Part shown: positions 48,180-58,284 of the stretch, piece by piece
Position numbering within the stretch: the first letter of the stretch is position 1
Layout: every line of letters starts with the position of its first letter
IMG/VR virus record: IMGVR_UViG_3300026488_000011
Location: 64,001-128,000 of that record
From: a virus
Reading direction: 5' to 3' (one strand)
DNA: 64,000 nt
Position numbers and translations under genes: made by a program
The notes under the pieces: model-generated
Told to the model about the DNA's origin: nothing
What the model saw: only the letters and a program-made list of their open reading frames with translations
Databases searched by the model: none

Positions 48180-48583
48180 GATTACTCCTTTACACTAATT
48201 GTTATTGTTCGTCTACTAAATAATATACTCATAAACTTTTTTAGAATAGGAATATAATGATACCCCTCTGAGGGAGAGGGGTAGGAATCGCGAAACGAAT
48301 GAACGAAGTGAATGAGTGAGATGATTCCTGGGGAGAGGGAGCATACCATATAGTACTGCTGTGTGAGTATGTGAGCTAATACCCTGAGGAAATGAGTGAG
48401 GTAGGATAAGACCAAGCGAACATACGAACGCTACCGGCTAAGCAGACCCTATAAGCAATAGCTATAGGGGAGAGGGCTACGCCCTCTCCTTATATATAAA
48501 TATAAAAATACTTATCAAGATATAAAATAAAAAAATAATTAATGAGAATAGCTATGTGTTAAACTACTCCTATAGCAATAAAG

Positions 48584-49096
48584 CTATAGGGTAGCTAAAT
48601 CATTTACTATCTTAGATGCTGTTGAGTATACGTCTAAAGTATTGAAATGTTTGATTAAGTCATTGACAGTAGTTATTGTACAGTTTTTTAATTTATCGTA
48701 TGTAGTAGGGGCAATGATGTTTTTAGAAAAGTATTCATCTGCTCTACGTTTAGCTTCTGGAGTAATTAGAGTATTAGGAGAGCCTAGGAGATGTTTTTTA
48801 ATTATCTGTATTACTGGATTTTTTAGTTTATTATCTACGGTAAAATGGTTTCTGTCTAGAGTGACATAAGTAAGCATAGTAGATGGTGTTAAATCAAATG
48901 TAGTTATTAACTCTCTGAGTTTATTAATGGGTAGAGAATCGTCGTAATAGAGGATGTTTATGTTAGTAATGATTTCTGCCCTTGTATAGGGTGTGAGTTC
49001 ATCTTGGTTTGTGATACGGAGTTCACAACTTACCGATTGAGGGAATTTGTGATTGTTGGTCTTGTCAAAGTGTAATTTACTTAATAGGATTCTCAT
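48584..49096 (-). CDS. Early hypothetical protein with atypical base composition
   Basis: Start moved to ATG 49096 (SD AAAGGAGG; TACATTAC motif upstream), giving 170 aa. Confidence 0.6.
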   Translation of the reverse strand: MRILLSKLHFDKTNNHKFPQSVSCELRITNQDELTPYTRAEIITNINILYYDDSLPINKLRELITTFDLTPSTMLTYVTLDRNHFTVDNKLKNPVIQIIKKHLLGSPNTLITPEAKRRADEYFSKNIIAPTTYDKLKNCTITTVNDLIKHFNTLDVYSTASKIVNDLATL

Positions 49097-49192
49097 TTTT
49101 ACCTCCTTTGATTTTTTATCCAAGTAAGTAATGTATAGTTAGAAGTTGTTAGATGATTGGGTGAGCGAGTAGATATAATATATAAGGAGAAC

Positions 49193-52100
49193 ATGATGGC
49201 AAATGATAAAGATTTGGACAAAATGTTAAACGATGATGGTCTGGATGAATTAGATAAATTATTCGAAGATGAGAGTATAGATATAGACAGTGGTTTAGAG
49301 GGTGATAGCAGAGATCCTGTAGACAAGGTCCTAAAGAGTACTAAGTCGGCTATGAAGGATTATGACTTAAAAAGTAAATTATTAGAAAGAGTAAAGGATG
49401 ATGTAATAGATACACTGCCGAATGATTTACGTAATGTAGTAACTGGTATAGATAATGAAATATATGGATTAAAAAGAGAAATAGAGGATAAGCTACCAGA
49501 TGTCAAAAAGACCTTAAAGAGTATGTTAGGAGATGCTGAAGAGTTAGCTCCTAATAAAGTATTAGGTATTAATATTAAAGACAAGATAAGAAGATTAAAA
49601 GACAAAATACACGTAGAGGAAGAAACTTTCATTCCTGAGGAAACACTAGACGAAAAAGCTAAGAGGTTTAGTGATGAAATCTTAGGAGGGGATATACAGA
49701 AGAGCATTTTATCGGATATAGATGTTAAAACTAATGTTAATTTAAATCTAGAGCTCTTAAAAGAGGCAAAGACCACGAATAACTTTTTGTTAAAACTAAG
49801 TAGTAAATATTACAAAAACAGCTTGGAATTAATGTTTAAACAACTCCATGCGTTGGTAAGCATAGATGAAAAGACTAAATTACTAGTCGAGACATTACCT
49901 AAACAGTTAGAAGGTATATTGAGAAACACGTCAATACCTGACGTAATGAAGTATAGGGGTAATGAACTACTAAAAGAGAATTTACGTAGAGATATGATGG
50001 AAAGTGGTATAGAGCTGATAAAAAATAGTCAAAGTGTAAGGACTATTACGAGCAAGTTAAAGAAGGCTGCGCTGAGTGGTTTTAATAAAGGTTTAGAAGG
50101 TCTAAGAACAGGGCAAGAATTTATTTCCACTCAGAGAGAGATGAAGGAATTAATGAGTGACGTGGGTATGGACCCTACGCAAATGGCTATACAATCAGGT
50201 TTTGATTTTGCACTAGGTACGGTAATGACTGGCTTAAAAAAAGGTGTGAGAAAAGTAGCCAGCAAGTCTAGAGTAGCTAATAAATTGCACTACAAACTGG
50301 ATAAAACCATATCTAACCCTGAAAAAGTACTAGAGAAATGGGAGAATAAGCTAAACGATAAAAACAATCCTTTAGCAGAATCCATGGCAGAGTTTATCTC
50401 TAGTTTAAGAAAGGAGATGGGTAGTAGTAAAACTGATATCGACTTAAGTCGGGATGTGAACCAACCAACAGTGTTCGATATAAAAACTAAACTAGCTATC
50501 ACTAACATAATACCTACTTATCTAAGTAAGATACTGGCAGAGGTAACAGGTATTAGATTAAAGTTAAAAGCTCCTAAAGTAGACGAGATAGTATTTGACT
50601 ATAAAAGAAACAGGTTCTTTACCGCTAAACAGCTGAAAAATAAATTTATAAGAGACAGTAAAAAAGCTAGTAAGTATGTATTAAAAACAATAGAGGAAGA
50701 ATCTCCTAAGATTATTAGTATACTAGAGAAAGATACCAAGTTAAACGAAGAAGAGAAGAAACAGGTAACATCAGCTTTATTAAAGCATGTAAACGAAGGC
50801 GGTAGCAAGGATATTAGATTCTTAAAAGACGAAGGATTCTTGGATAAACTAGATGAAGGTCTAAAAAATAAACTAACTCCAGTATTAGATAAAATATCTA
50901 AAGATTACACATCTGTAGATCTTAAAGAAGTTGAAGAAGCCAAAGAAGCCTTGAATAGAATAGAACGCAGTCTAGCTAACGAAGCTAAAGAATTTGGAGA
51001 AAGAGCTAAAGAGTTGGCAGATATTGGTAGAACAGATATATTAGAAACTCTAAAGATAATAAATGACGACCATACCAAAATCAGCGGAGAAAGAGTATTT
51101 GATATAGTCACTGATCTTACTAATAGGGATATTAGTAAAAACAAAATAAAATATGCTGATTATATACGTACAAGGAATGAGGATGCGGAAGATTCCGATA
51201 AAGAGTACATAGAAGACAAGATAAATAAAAAATTTAACGAATTCAAGAACATAGCTTTACCTAAGATAGATGACATTAAGAAGGAAACAAAAGAGATTAT
51301 CAAACACCCTGATAAGAAACTCAATATCGTTAAAAACGAACTAACTAAAACTGTGGAGAAAATAAAAAACACAAATAGACCAAAGATAGAGAATATCACT
51401 AAGCCAGTAGGTACAGCTTTAAATAAAGCACAGACCAAAGCTGAAGAAGTAGTTAAACCTCTAGTAATCAAGATTGAAAGTTTTGAGAAACCTAACTTAA
51501 TGAAAGAGAAATTAATAAGTAAGATAAACGATGTTAAGAAACTGGAATATAAAGAACTAAAATCAGGAGCAGTTAAAACATACAATAATATCTCCAGTAA
51601 GTTAGTGAAATCTATCGAAAAATTTGAAAGTAAATTACCTTCTAATCCTGATCAGGAACTAAAGCAAAACGTTAATAAGTTAGAACACATAATACAGAAT
51701 GATCAGTTAGACAATCTTTTAGAGGTACAATTAGCTCAAAAGCCATTACCTAAAGATATACACGAAGCCAAAATCATCTATGAGGAAACTGTACATAGTT
51801 TAGACCCTACTGGTAGATTAAAAGAAGAATTAAGTAAGAAGGGAAATTGGATAGAGAGATTATATAATATCCATAAAGGTGTTATGGCTAAGATTCAAGC
51901 AGGTGTATTTAATCTTAAAGAGAAAATGAGTGAACTGTTTAGTGGAGATACATTTTCTAACTTAAAAGATAGATTGGGTCTAGCTGGAAAATTAGGATCT
52001 AGAGGGTTAAAAATACTAGGAGCCGGAAAAGACTGGTTAGTTAAACATGGACAGTTATTAAAAGACAATACTTCTGAACTACTATATGATCCAGAGACAG

Positions 52101-54256
52101 GTAAGTTTAAAAGACCTACTATAAAAGGCTTAGCTAAATTTGGATATAAAACTTTTATGGGTAGTGCTAAAATAACCGGAGAGACAACAAAAGAAACATA
52201 TGGTCAAATGTTCGGAGTCTTAAAAGATATCAAAGATTCTTTAGTAAAAAATACAGAAAAGAATGAAAAGATAGTAAAGGTATTAAATAAGACCGTTACT
52301 TTAGATAAAAATAAAACCAATACTAATACGGCTTCTAAGTTTGCTAGTATGTTAAAATCTACTGTAAAGAAACAGTCATCCATACTGAAAGGTATCAAAG
52401 ACAAAGTAACATCTAACAAAAAAGAAACACAAGTGAATCCGTTTGATAAAGATGGTGACGGTGATAGGGATGGAAACTGGAAAGATAGATTAGCCTTGTT
52501 TAAGAAGAAGAATAAAAATGTCAATCCTTTGGAAAAGAGATTAATGCCTGCAGTAGATAAGAAGGAGGATCTGTTATCCACATTACTTAAATGGGGACCA
52601 TTCTTAATAGGCGGTCTAATAACAGGATTTAAGAAGATATTAGGCGGAGTTACAGATAGCTTAATAACTGGATTCAAACATGTGTTATGGGAACCTATCA
52701 AGTGGTTAGGTAATACTATTATGTCCGGTATAGGAAAGGCATTAGGTTCAATAACAGGATTAATTAGTAAGATACCAGGGTTAGGTACAGTAATTGAAAA
52801 AGGTAAAGATCTATTCAAATCTGCTAAGGACAAGGTAAAAGACCTATTTACCAAAGGTAAGACTCCTGATATAAAAGATAAAATAAAACCTAAAACTGCA
52901 TTACCTAAAAAACCAGTAAAAGTGAAACCATCCAGTATTAAATCAGTATTGAGCAGGATGAAGAATTTAGTGGTGAAGAAGTTAGGTAAGAAGGCAGGAG
53001 CTAAATTATTAGCTAAAATAGCTACTAGATTTGTACCGTTTGTAGGTACCGCAATGTTGGCATACGACGCTGTAAAAGTAGGTTACTATATGATGCATGA
53101 TGGTCTATCACTACCTGCGGCAGTATCCAAACAGCTATTAGGATTTAGTATATTTGACGATAACGAACCTGCGATTGATCCAGAAACAGGTGAACCTATT
53201 AAACCGGATGTAGAGAATAAAGATTCTGAGAAAACCAAAACTACAGAAGCAAATATAGAAACGAAACAAGAACATCCATCTACAGTATCTAATTGGAAAA
53301 AAGAAACATTCCACCAAGTACCTAATCAGAAATCCAAACCTCCTAAGATCAAAAACTATCACATTGGTGACACTTTAAAAGAGATTAAAATACCTATTGG
53401 CAATAAGGAAGAATTAGTTGCTAAGTTGGTGAAACATGAAGGGCTTAAATTAAGAAAGTATAGGGATAGTCTAGGGTACGAAACTATAGGTGTAGGACAT
53501 CTATTAGATACTAGAAAAGGCGGTGTTCCTCTAAGAGATATAATAGACAGAGATACTGACCAAATAACTGAGCCAGAAGCATTTAAGATTTTAGCTTATG
53601 ATACTAATAAAACAGGTAAGAAGTTGTATAGTTTGCTTCCATGGCTAAGAAATCAGCCAGAGATAGTGCAAGAAGATTTGATAGATATGGGATTTAATTT
53701 AGGTGTAGGCGGATTACTTAAATTTAAGGATACCTTAAATGCCATTAAAGAAGGTGATTATTCTAAAGCTGCTAATAACCTAATGAGATCTAAATGGTAT
53801 AAGCAAGTAGGTGATAGAGCGAAAGAAATAGTAAATGACTTTATGTCATTATCGCAATCAGCAATATCTACCAGTAGCACAATGGCAACTACAGTAAGAA
53901 ATACTAGATCACAAGCTGAAACATATGTAAATACTATAAATAAACAACAGAATGAAATAGTAAAAGAGACTGCTAAACAGGCTAAAGCTCCTATAGCTAA
54001 TGTAGATTATACTCCACATTTTGAAAACAGCACGCAACAACAATCTATTACTAATAACCTACTGAAAGAATCCTTGAATATACAAAAACAAATGTTGAAT
54101 ACGTTACAAGGTATTTACGAAATTAGTAAAGCTACATTAATGTTACAGCATCCTGACAAAAAAACTGTAAAAGCAATTACTAAAAAAGAAAAGGAGAGAA
54201 GGTATATAGAACCTCCTACTAATCCAGCATTATCTGTAAATGTAAATGAATTTTAA
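49193..54256 (+). CDS. Tape-measure/tail-associated lysozyme protein (phiKZ gp181-like)
   Basis: About 1690 aa, helical. Contains DKDGDGDRDG and a T4-lysozyme (GH24) domain HEGLKLRKYRDSLGYETIGVGH...SKWYKQVGDRA. The start is likely ATG 49193 or 49196. Confidence 0.85.
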   Translation: MMANDKDLDKMLNDDGLDELDKLFEDESIDIDSGLEGDSRDPVDKVLKSTKSAMKDYDLKSKLLERVKDDVIDTLPNDLRNVVTGIDNEIYGLKREIEDKLPDVKKTLKSMLGDAEELAPNKVLGINIKDKIRRLKDKIHVEEETFIPEETLDEKAKRFSDEILGGDIQKSILSDIDVKTNVNLNLELLKEAKTTNNFLLKLSSKYYKNSLELMFKQLHALVSIDEKTKLLVETLPKQLEGILRNTSIPDVMKYRGNELLKENLRRDMMESGIELIKNSQSVRTITSKLKKAALSGFNKGLEGLRTGQEFISTQREMKELMSDVGMDPTQMAIQSGFDFALGTVMTGLKKGVRKVASKSRVANKLHYKLDKTISNPEKVLEKWENKLNDKNNPLAESMAEFISSLRKEMGSSKTDIDLSRDVNQPTVFDIKTKLAITNIIPTYLSKILAEVTGIRLKLKAPKVDEIVFDYKRNRFFTAKQLKNKFIRDSKKASKYVLKTIEEESPKIISILEKDTKLNEEEKKQVTSALLKHVNEGGSKDIRFLKDEGFLDKLDEGLKNKLTPVLDKISKDYTSVDLKEVEEAKEALNRIERSLANEAKEFGERAKELADIGRTDILETLKIINDDHTKISGERVFDIVTDLTNRDISKNKIKYADYIRTRNEDAEDSDKEYIEDKINKKFNEFKNIALPKIDDIKKETKEIIKHPDKKLNIVKNELTKTVEKIKNTNRPKIENITKPVGTALNKAQTKAEEVVKPLVIKIESFEKPNLMKEKLISKINDVKKLEYKELKSGAVKTYNNISSKLVKSIEKFESKLPSNPDQELKQNVNKLEHIIQNDQLDNLLEVQLAQKPLPKDIHEAKIIYEETVHSLDPTGRLKEELSKKGNWIERLYNIHKGVMAKIQAGVFNLKEKMSELFSGDTFSNLKDRLGLAGKLGSRGLKILGAGKDWLVKHGQLLKDNTSELLYDPETGKFKRPTIKGLAKFGYKTFMGSAKITGETTKETYGQMFGVLKDIKDSLVKNTEKNEKIVKVLNKTVTLDKNKTNTNTASKFASMLKSTVKKQSSILKGIKDKVTSNKKETQVNPFDKDGDGDRDGNWKDRLALFKKKNKNVNPLEKRLMPAVDKKEDLLSTLLKWGPFLIGGLITGFKKILGGVTDSLITGFKHVLWEPIKWLGNTIMSGIGKALGSITGLISKIPGLGTVIEKGKDLFKSAKDKVKDLFTKGKTPDIKDKIKPKTALPKKPVKVKPSSIKSVLSRMKNLVVKKLGKKAGAKLLAKIATRFVPFVGTAMLAYDAVKVGYYMMHDGLSLPAAVSKQLLGFSIFDDNEPAIDPETGEPIKPDVENKDSEKTKTTEANIETKQEHPSTVSNWKKETFHQVPNQKSKPPKIKNYHIGDTLKEIKIPIGNKEELVAKLVKHEGLKLRKYRDSLGYETIGVGHLLDTRKGGVPLRDIIDRDTDQITEPEAFKILAYDTNKTGKKLYSLLPWLRNQPEIVQEDLIDMGFNLGVGGLLKFKDTLNAIKEGDYSKAANNLMRSKWYKQVGDRAKEIVNDFMSLSQSAISTSSTMATTVRNTRSQAETYVNTINKQQNEIVKETAKQAKAPIANVDYTPHFENSTQQQSITNNLLKESLNIQKQMLNTLQGIYEISKATLMLQHPDKKTVKAITKKEKERRYIEPPTNPALSVNVNEF

Positions 54257-54286
54257 CTATGCTAGGAGATTATTCTCCTAGCATAG
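54257..54286. terminator. Bidirectional terminator
   Basis: CTATGCTAGGAGA-ttat-TCTCCTAGCATAG. Confidence 0.85.
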
Positions 54287-54899
54287 CTTTTTTCATATCT
54301 TCTGTAGATATTATGTCTAGAAATTCTGTCTTTAACCTTTTTTCGATGTCTTTTACTACCTCTTCTGTTACTCTCTTTTTAAAGATTTTGTAATCATCAT
54401 CATTATTAATCTCAGTTATTCCTAGTTCATCTCTAACATCTGCGATTATGTTAAGGATTGCTTTTAATCCTTTTGCGTATTTTATATACTTACTATCTAC
54501 CTCATTTATTTCTATAGCTCCTCTTTTTATTTTGCTATAGATCTCAATTCTTTTCTCTTTCAGATTCTTCATTTTTAATATTTCGTTTAGTAGCTCTTTA
54601 TCGCTTAAGATCTTATCCAGAACTACTAACTCTATAGCATACCAATAGTTTGGTACATGGTGTGTTTTGTAACCATCTAATCTCTCCCTATCCTTATCCG
54701 TTAGTACTTTATCCAGGATAGATATACCAGCTTTTCTCTTATTTAGATAATACATCACGTTTTCGATAGACATCACATCACCTAGTAATCTGCTCTTGAA
54801 CTTAGAGACATGCTTCGGGTGTAATCTATCTGTCTTCCTTTTTCCTTCAGGAAGTATTTTGATTATTTTGTTATCTCTTGTGTTATCAACTAACGCCAT
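54270..54899 (-). CDS. Hypothetical protein (resembles a conserved phiKZ-like family)
   Basis: 209 aa; VPNYWYAI...KILSD motif. Confidence 0.5.
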   Translation of the reverse strand: MALVDNTRDNKIIKILPEGKRKTDRLHPKHVSKFKSRLLGDVMSIENVMYYLNKRKAGISILDKVLTDKDRERLDGYKTHHVPNYWYAIELVVLDKILSDKELLNEILKMKNLKEKRIEIYSKIKRGAIEINEVDSKYIKYAKGLKAILNIIADVRDELGITEINNDDDYKIFKKRVTEEVVKDIEKRLKTEFLDIISTEDMKKAMLGE

Positions 54900-54917
54900 T
54901 CTTCTCTCCTTCTTCTA

Positions 54918-55334
54918 TTAGTGTTTTAATATTTTGTTCTTAAGATCTTCGTTCAATAGGATGTACGAAAGATATAATTTTTCAGCTGTGAAGTTTTCTA
55001 CATCAGCATATGTAAAAGGTTTAACAGTTTCACCATAGTCATCTATTATGGTTCTGAGATACTCAGACAGATAACCTTTCATGGTCTCTCTAGCATCATA
55101 GTCGTTATCTACATAGTCCAATGCTGTTAGTTTATGACATAAAGATTTTAATCTATGGTATCTACTGTCGTGTAGATCCATCCATGTGTCTAACTCATCT
55201 TCAATAACAGCTAACAAACTAAATCTAGTTCTGATATCAAAATCTTTTATAACGGATTTGAAAGTTTCTATTTCATTTTCGTTTCCTGTTTCTAATCCCT
55301 GTAAGATAAAGTTGTCTAGATCTTTCTTAGTCAT
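54918..55334 (-). CDS. Hypothetical protein, possible head protein
   Basis: 138 aa; N-terminal GLETGNE. Confidence 0.5.
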   Translation of the reverse strand: MTKKDLDNFILQGLETGNENEIETFKSVIKDFDIRTRFSLLAVIEDELDTWMDLHDSRYHRLKSLCHKLTALDYVDNDYDARETMKGYLSEYLRTIIDDYGETVKPFTYADVENFTAEKLYLSYILLNEDLKNKILKH

Positions 55335-56005
55335 AGTTTAATTCCTTTTATACCGTGGATAGTTTCTTCGTCATTTAGCCATTTTACCTTGGCATATATT
55401 TCCATATTATCTACTTGCATAAATTCTAATACCAGGAAGACAAATGTCTTCCAAGTGAGTTTCTTTTTAGACATTGCATTATAGATGCTATTCTCAGATT
55501 TACTGCCTTTATAACTCTTAAGTAGTTCGGCAGTTTTGCCTTTGTAACCTAAGGCTTCTATGATTTGATCTCTCAAATCCGCTAAGAATTTACCATACTC
55601 CTGGTAGTTATCGGGAGTAATTTCTACCATAGCTTTAACAGTCTTCTCGCCTTTATGCACCACGACAGTAAAGATCAATTTCTTTACTCCTAATACATCG
55701 AATAATAATAGGAGGAATCTTTTCCATGTTAATTCGGAACCTTTTATTAACTTGTTTAGGGTACCCGTGTTTAAGGCTCCTTTTTTATTCCTGTTTTTCC
55801 TCCAATAACGCTTGACAGAGAAAACTAAACTACTCTGGAGATTGTTCTCCAGGATTATTTTTCTCCACATTTTAGCTAGCAAACCGTTCTCCGTAGTTGC
55901 TACGGGGGTTCTTTCTAAGTCTTCCATAGTACGCTCCTTCTGTAGTAAGTAAATGTCGTAGTAAGAGTAACTACTTTGCAAGATGTTTAAAGATATTGTC
56001 GACAA
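55331..56005 (-). CDS. Hypothetical protein with an internal duplication
   Basis: 224 aa; two LTWKxF-helix-beta modules. Confidence 0.55.
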   Translation of the reverse strand: MSTISLNILQSSYSYYDIYLLQKERTMEDLERTPVATTENGLLAKMWRKIILENNLQSSLVFSVKRYWRKNRNKKGALNTGTLNKLIKGSELTWKRFLLLLFDVLGVKKLIFTVVVHKGEKTVKAMVEITPDNYQEYGKFLADLRDQIIEALGYKGKTAELLKSYKGSKSENSIYNAMSKKKLTWKTFVFLVLEFMQVDNMEIYAKVKWLNDEETIHGIKGIKL

Positions 56006-56393
56006 TATCTTGCATATTAATAATATATTTTTTAATAACCATTGAATTAAATGTTTGATCAGTGTCTGTGTCTAGACTCTCTATCCAGTCTTTAAGGTCT
56101 TTTAGTTTGGGTATAGATCTGTGTAGAAACAAGATTTTATTCTCTGCCTCATCGTCTAACCCGTCTTTACCGCTTAACCATTCTAACATCGGAATATCTC
56201 TAATCACAGACATTTTAATTTTTCCTACTTCTAGCTTATCTGTATAATCATGCGTTAATAAATATTCGACAGCTTCTACATAATCTTCTAGATAGCGGTG
56301 TAATGAGTTTAACTTTACCTTTCTTACCTTGGGTGAATAGATATCTAATTTTATATCAGTATTCCTGTCTTTATTTTTCCACCAGTTCCACAT
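55971..56393 (-). CDS. Hypothetical protein
   Basis: 140 aa; SD AAGGAG. Confidence 0.6.
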   Translation of the reverse strand: MWNWWKNKDRNTDIKLDIYSPKVRKVKLNSLHRYLEDYVEAVEYLLTHDYTDKLEVGKIKMSVIRDIPMLEWLSGKDGLDDEAENKILFLHRSIPKLKDLKDWIESLDTDTDQTFNSMVIKKYIINMQDIVDNIFKHLAK

Positions 56394-56459
56394 TGATACT
56401 CCTTTATAGTACTCAACAATATGTTTTACCGTGAATAATTATGTTAATAAGGAGAAAGA

Positions 56460-56873
56460 ATGAGTAACTCAATTAGAGACATTGATAAGGCTAATGTATT
56501 TATGCCTGAAGAAATGAGGGTATTAGATAAAACCCTCGAAATAAGAGAGAAGATAGTAGACAAAATGATAGAGGACGGTATACCTTATAAGACTTCAGAA
56601 ATTAGAGTACTTAACGAGGTCTTAAATGCCATGGATTCTAACGTCATGGGTAGAACAGATAGAAGATTGAAGATGAAAGAAAATGATAATAACGAAAATA
56701 TCTTAGAGATGATGAGAGAAGTTTTAATAAACGTGGAAAAGAAAAAATCCACAGTAACTGTTGAACAAAGACAAATAGAATTAACAGAAGGTTTAAGACC
56801 AGATGAAATTGTATTAGGAGAAGATCAAATAGAGTTTCAGGAAATTTCCCTAGAAGATTTAGAAGGAGAATAA
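56460..56873 (+). CDS. Helical hypothetical protein (weak small-terminase candidate)
   Basis: 137 aa; helical hairpin and acidic tail; SD present. Confidence 0.5.
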   Translation: MSNSIRDIDKANVFMPEEMRVLDKTLEIREKIVDKMIEDGIPYKTSEIRVLNEVLNAMDSNVMGRTDRRLKMKENDNNENILEMMREVLINVEKKKSTVTVEQRQIELTEGLRPDEIVLGEDQIEFQEISLEDLEGE

Positions 56874-56874
56874 G

Positions 56875-57696
56875 ATGGTATTTAACACAACAAGGACTAT
56901 TTATAGTCTAAAATTACAAACGGCATTGTTAACAGGAGCCGAGTATGAGACTTTGCCCAATACTACGTTAAATGAAAAGTTTAGTATTCTGCCCAATTAT
57001 GTAATTACGGGAACATATCCTAGATTAAATTGTTATGTACTGGGTGTAGGTGGTAATCCTATAATTGAGAATACAGCTATTGACCTTAAAAGAGGTAAAC
57101 ATAGAGCTACCGATGGAGCCCTGTTTAAACATTTACCGTTTATAATTAGAAGAACTGACGATGATATCAGTGATGAATTAAAACAAAAGTACAGACTAAG
57201 AAAAGTAGAGAATATAAATGGAATAGATTATATAGTTTACTACGCCAAGGTACTAGATAAAATAGATTTTACTAACACCATATTCCAGGTAAATAGTGAC
57301 TTTGGTAATAACTTCATAGGTCCATATGATACTACTAATGATCCTACAATACTCAATCCTACTCCTCTACTGGATTTAGACATAACCAAGATAAAAGGTA
57401 GTTACGTGTTAAATATGTGTAAGGTGTTATTCGTATTGGAAGATTGGGAAATCGAAGAGTTAAAAAACTCTATGTCGATCATGTATCCAGGTGAGACACT
57501 TACTTCTATTAGTGAAATAGGTCTATGTTCAGGTATAGACATAGACTATAACGGCTATAAGGAATCTGTAAAGACCCAAATAAACTTCTTTACTGACATG
57601 AATTTGGACTTACAATTATTGGATAATCTAAAAGTAAATAACAGAGTAGAATTTTATTTGGAACTGGGGGGAATGGAACCTCTCTATAAAGGATGA
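56875..57696 (+). CDS. Conserved phiKZ-like virion structural protein
   Basis: 273 aa; LPNTTLNEKF, HRATDGALFKHLPF and YRLRK...YYAK patterns. Confidence 0.65.
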   Translation: MVFNTTRTIYSLKLQTALLTGAEYETLPNTTLNEKFSILPNYVITGTYPRLNCYVLGVGGNPIIENTAIDLKRGKHRATDGALFKHLPFIIRRTDDDISDELKQKYRLRKVENINGIDYIVYYAKVLDKIDFTNTIFQVNSDFGNNFIGPYDTTNDPTILNPTPLLDLDITKIKGSYVLNMCKVLFVLEDWEIEELKNSMSIMYPGETLTSISEIGLCSGIDIDYNGYKESVKTQINFFTDMNLDLQLLDNLKVNNRVEFYLELGGMEPLYKG

Positions 57697-58247
57697 TTAT
57701 GTTTAAGTTACTAGGCATCGACCCAGGTACTAATTTCTGCGGTGTATCTATTTTTACTATAGAGAGTCTAGATAAAATAGTCGATGTAAGGACAGAGTTA
57801 ATAGATATCTCTAATCCAATCTACACAGATTTATCAAACGACCTGTTTTATAGATTACACCGACTAGAAGAAGCTATTAAGAAATTATGTTTAACAGAAT
57901 ATCCGTTTATGCCTATAGCCTTAGGAATCGAAGCTGGATTTATAAATAGATTTAGACCGGCAGCATATGGCCCTTTAGCTAAATCAAGTTTTATAATAGA
58001 ACATGCTTTTAAAGACATAACGGGATCTAATCTAATCGTAGAATATCCTCCTAGTATAATTAAGAAGAGAGTGAGTAGACAGGGGTTAGCTACTAAATCA
58101 GATATGTTAACCGCTGTATTAAACAATGATGAACTTTCGCCATGGTTAATAGGAATGGAAACTGAACATGAAATTGATGCGATAGCTATAGGATATTGCT
58201 TACTAGAAGATATTAGAGAAAGACCTGAAATATTGTACAAAGTATAA
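57693..58247 (+). CDS. ruvC: RuvC-like Holliday junction resolvase
   Basis: Catalytic acidic residues in LLGIDPGT, LGIE and EHEIDAIAIG. Confidence 0.88.
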   Translation: MIMFKLLGIDPGTNFCGVSIFTIESLDKIVDVRTELIDISNPIYTDLSNDLFYRLHRLEEAIKKLCLTEYPFMPIALGIEAGFINRFRPAAYGPLAKSSFIIEHAFKDITGSNLIVEYPPSIIKKRVSRQGLATKSDMLTAVLNNDELSPWLIGMETEHEIDAIAIGYCLLEDIRERPEILYKV

Positions 58248-58255
58248 AAAAATAA

Positions 58256-58284
58256 AGTTAGTGGAGATTATTTCTCCACTAACT
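58256..58284. terminator. Bidirectional terminator
   Basis: AGTTAGTGGAGA-ttatt-TCTCCACTAACT. Confidence 0.8.

Noticed and set aside
48182-48415. 77-aa minus-strand ORF
   Set aside because: It runs through low-complexity purine repeats and has no SD; probably spurious.
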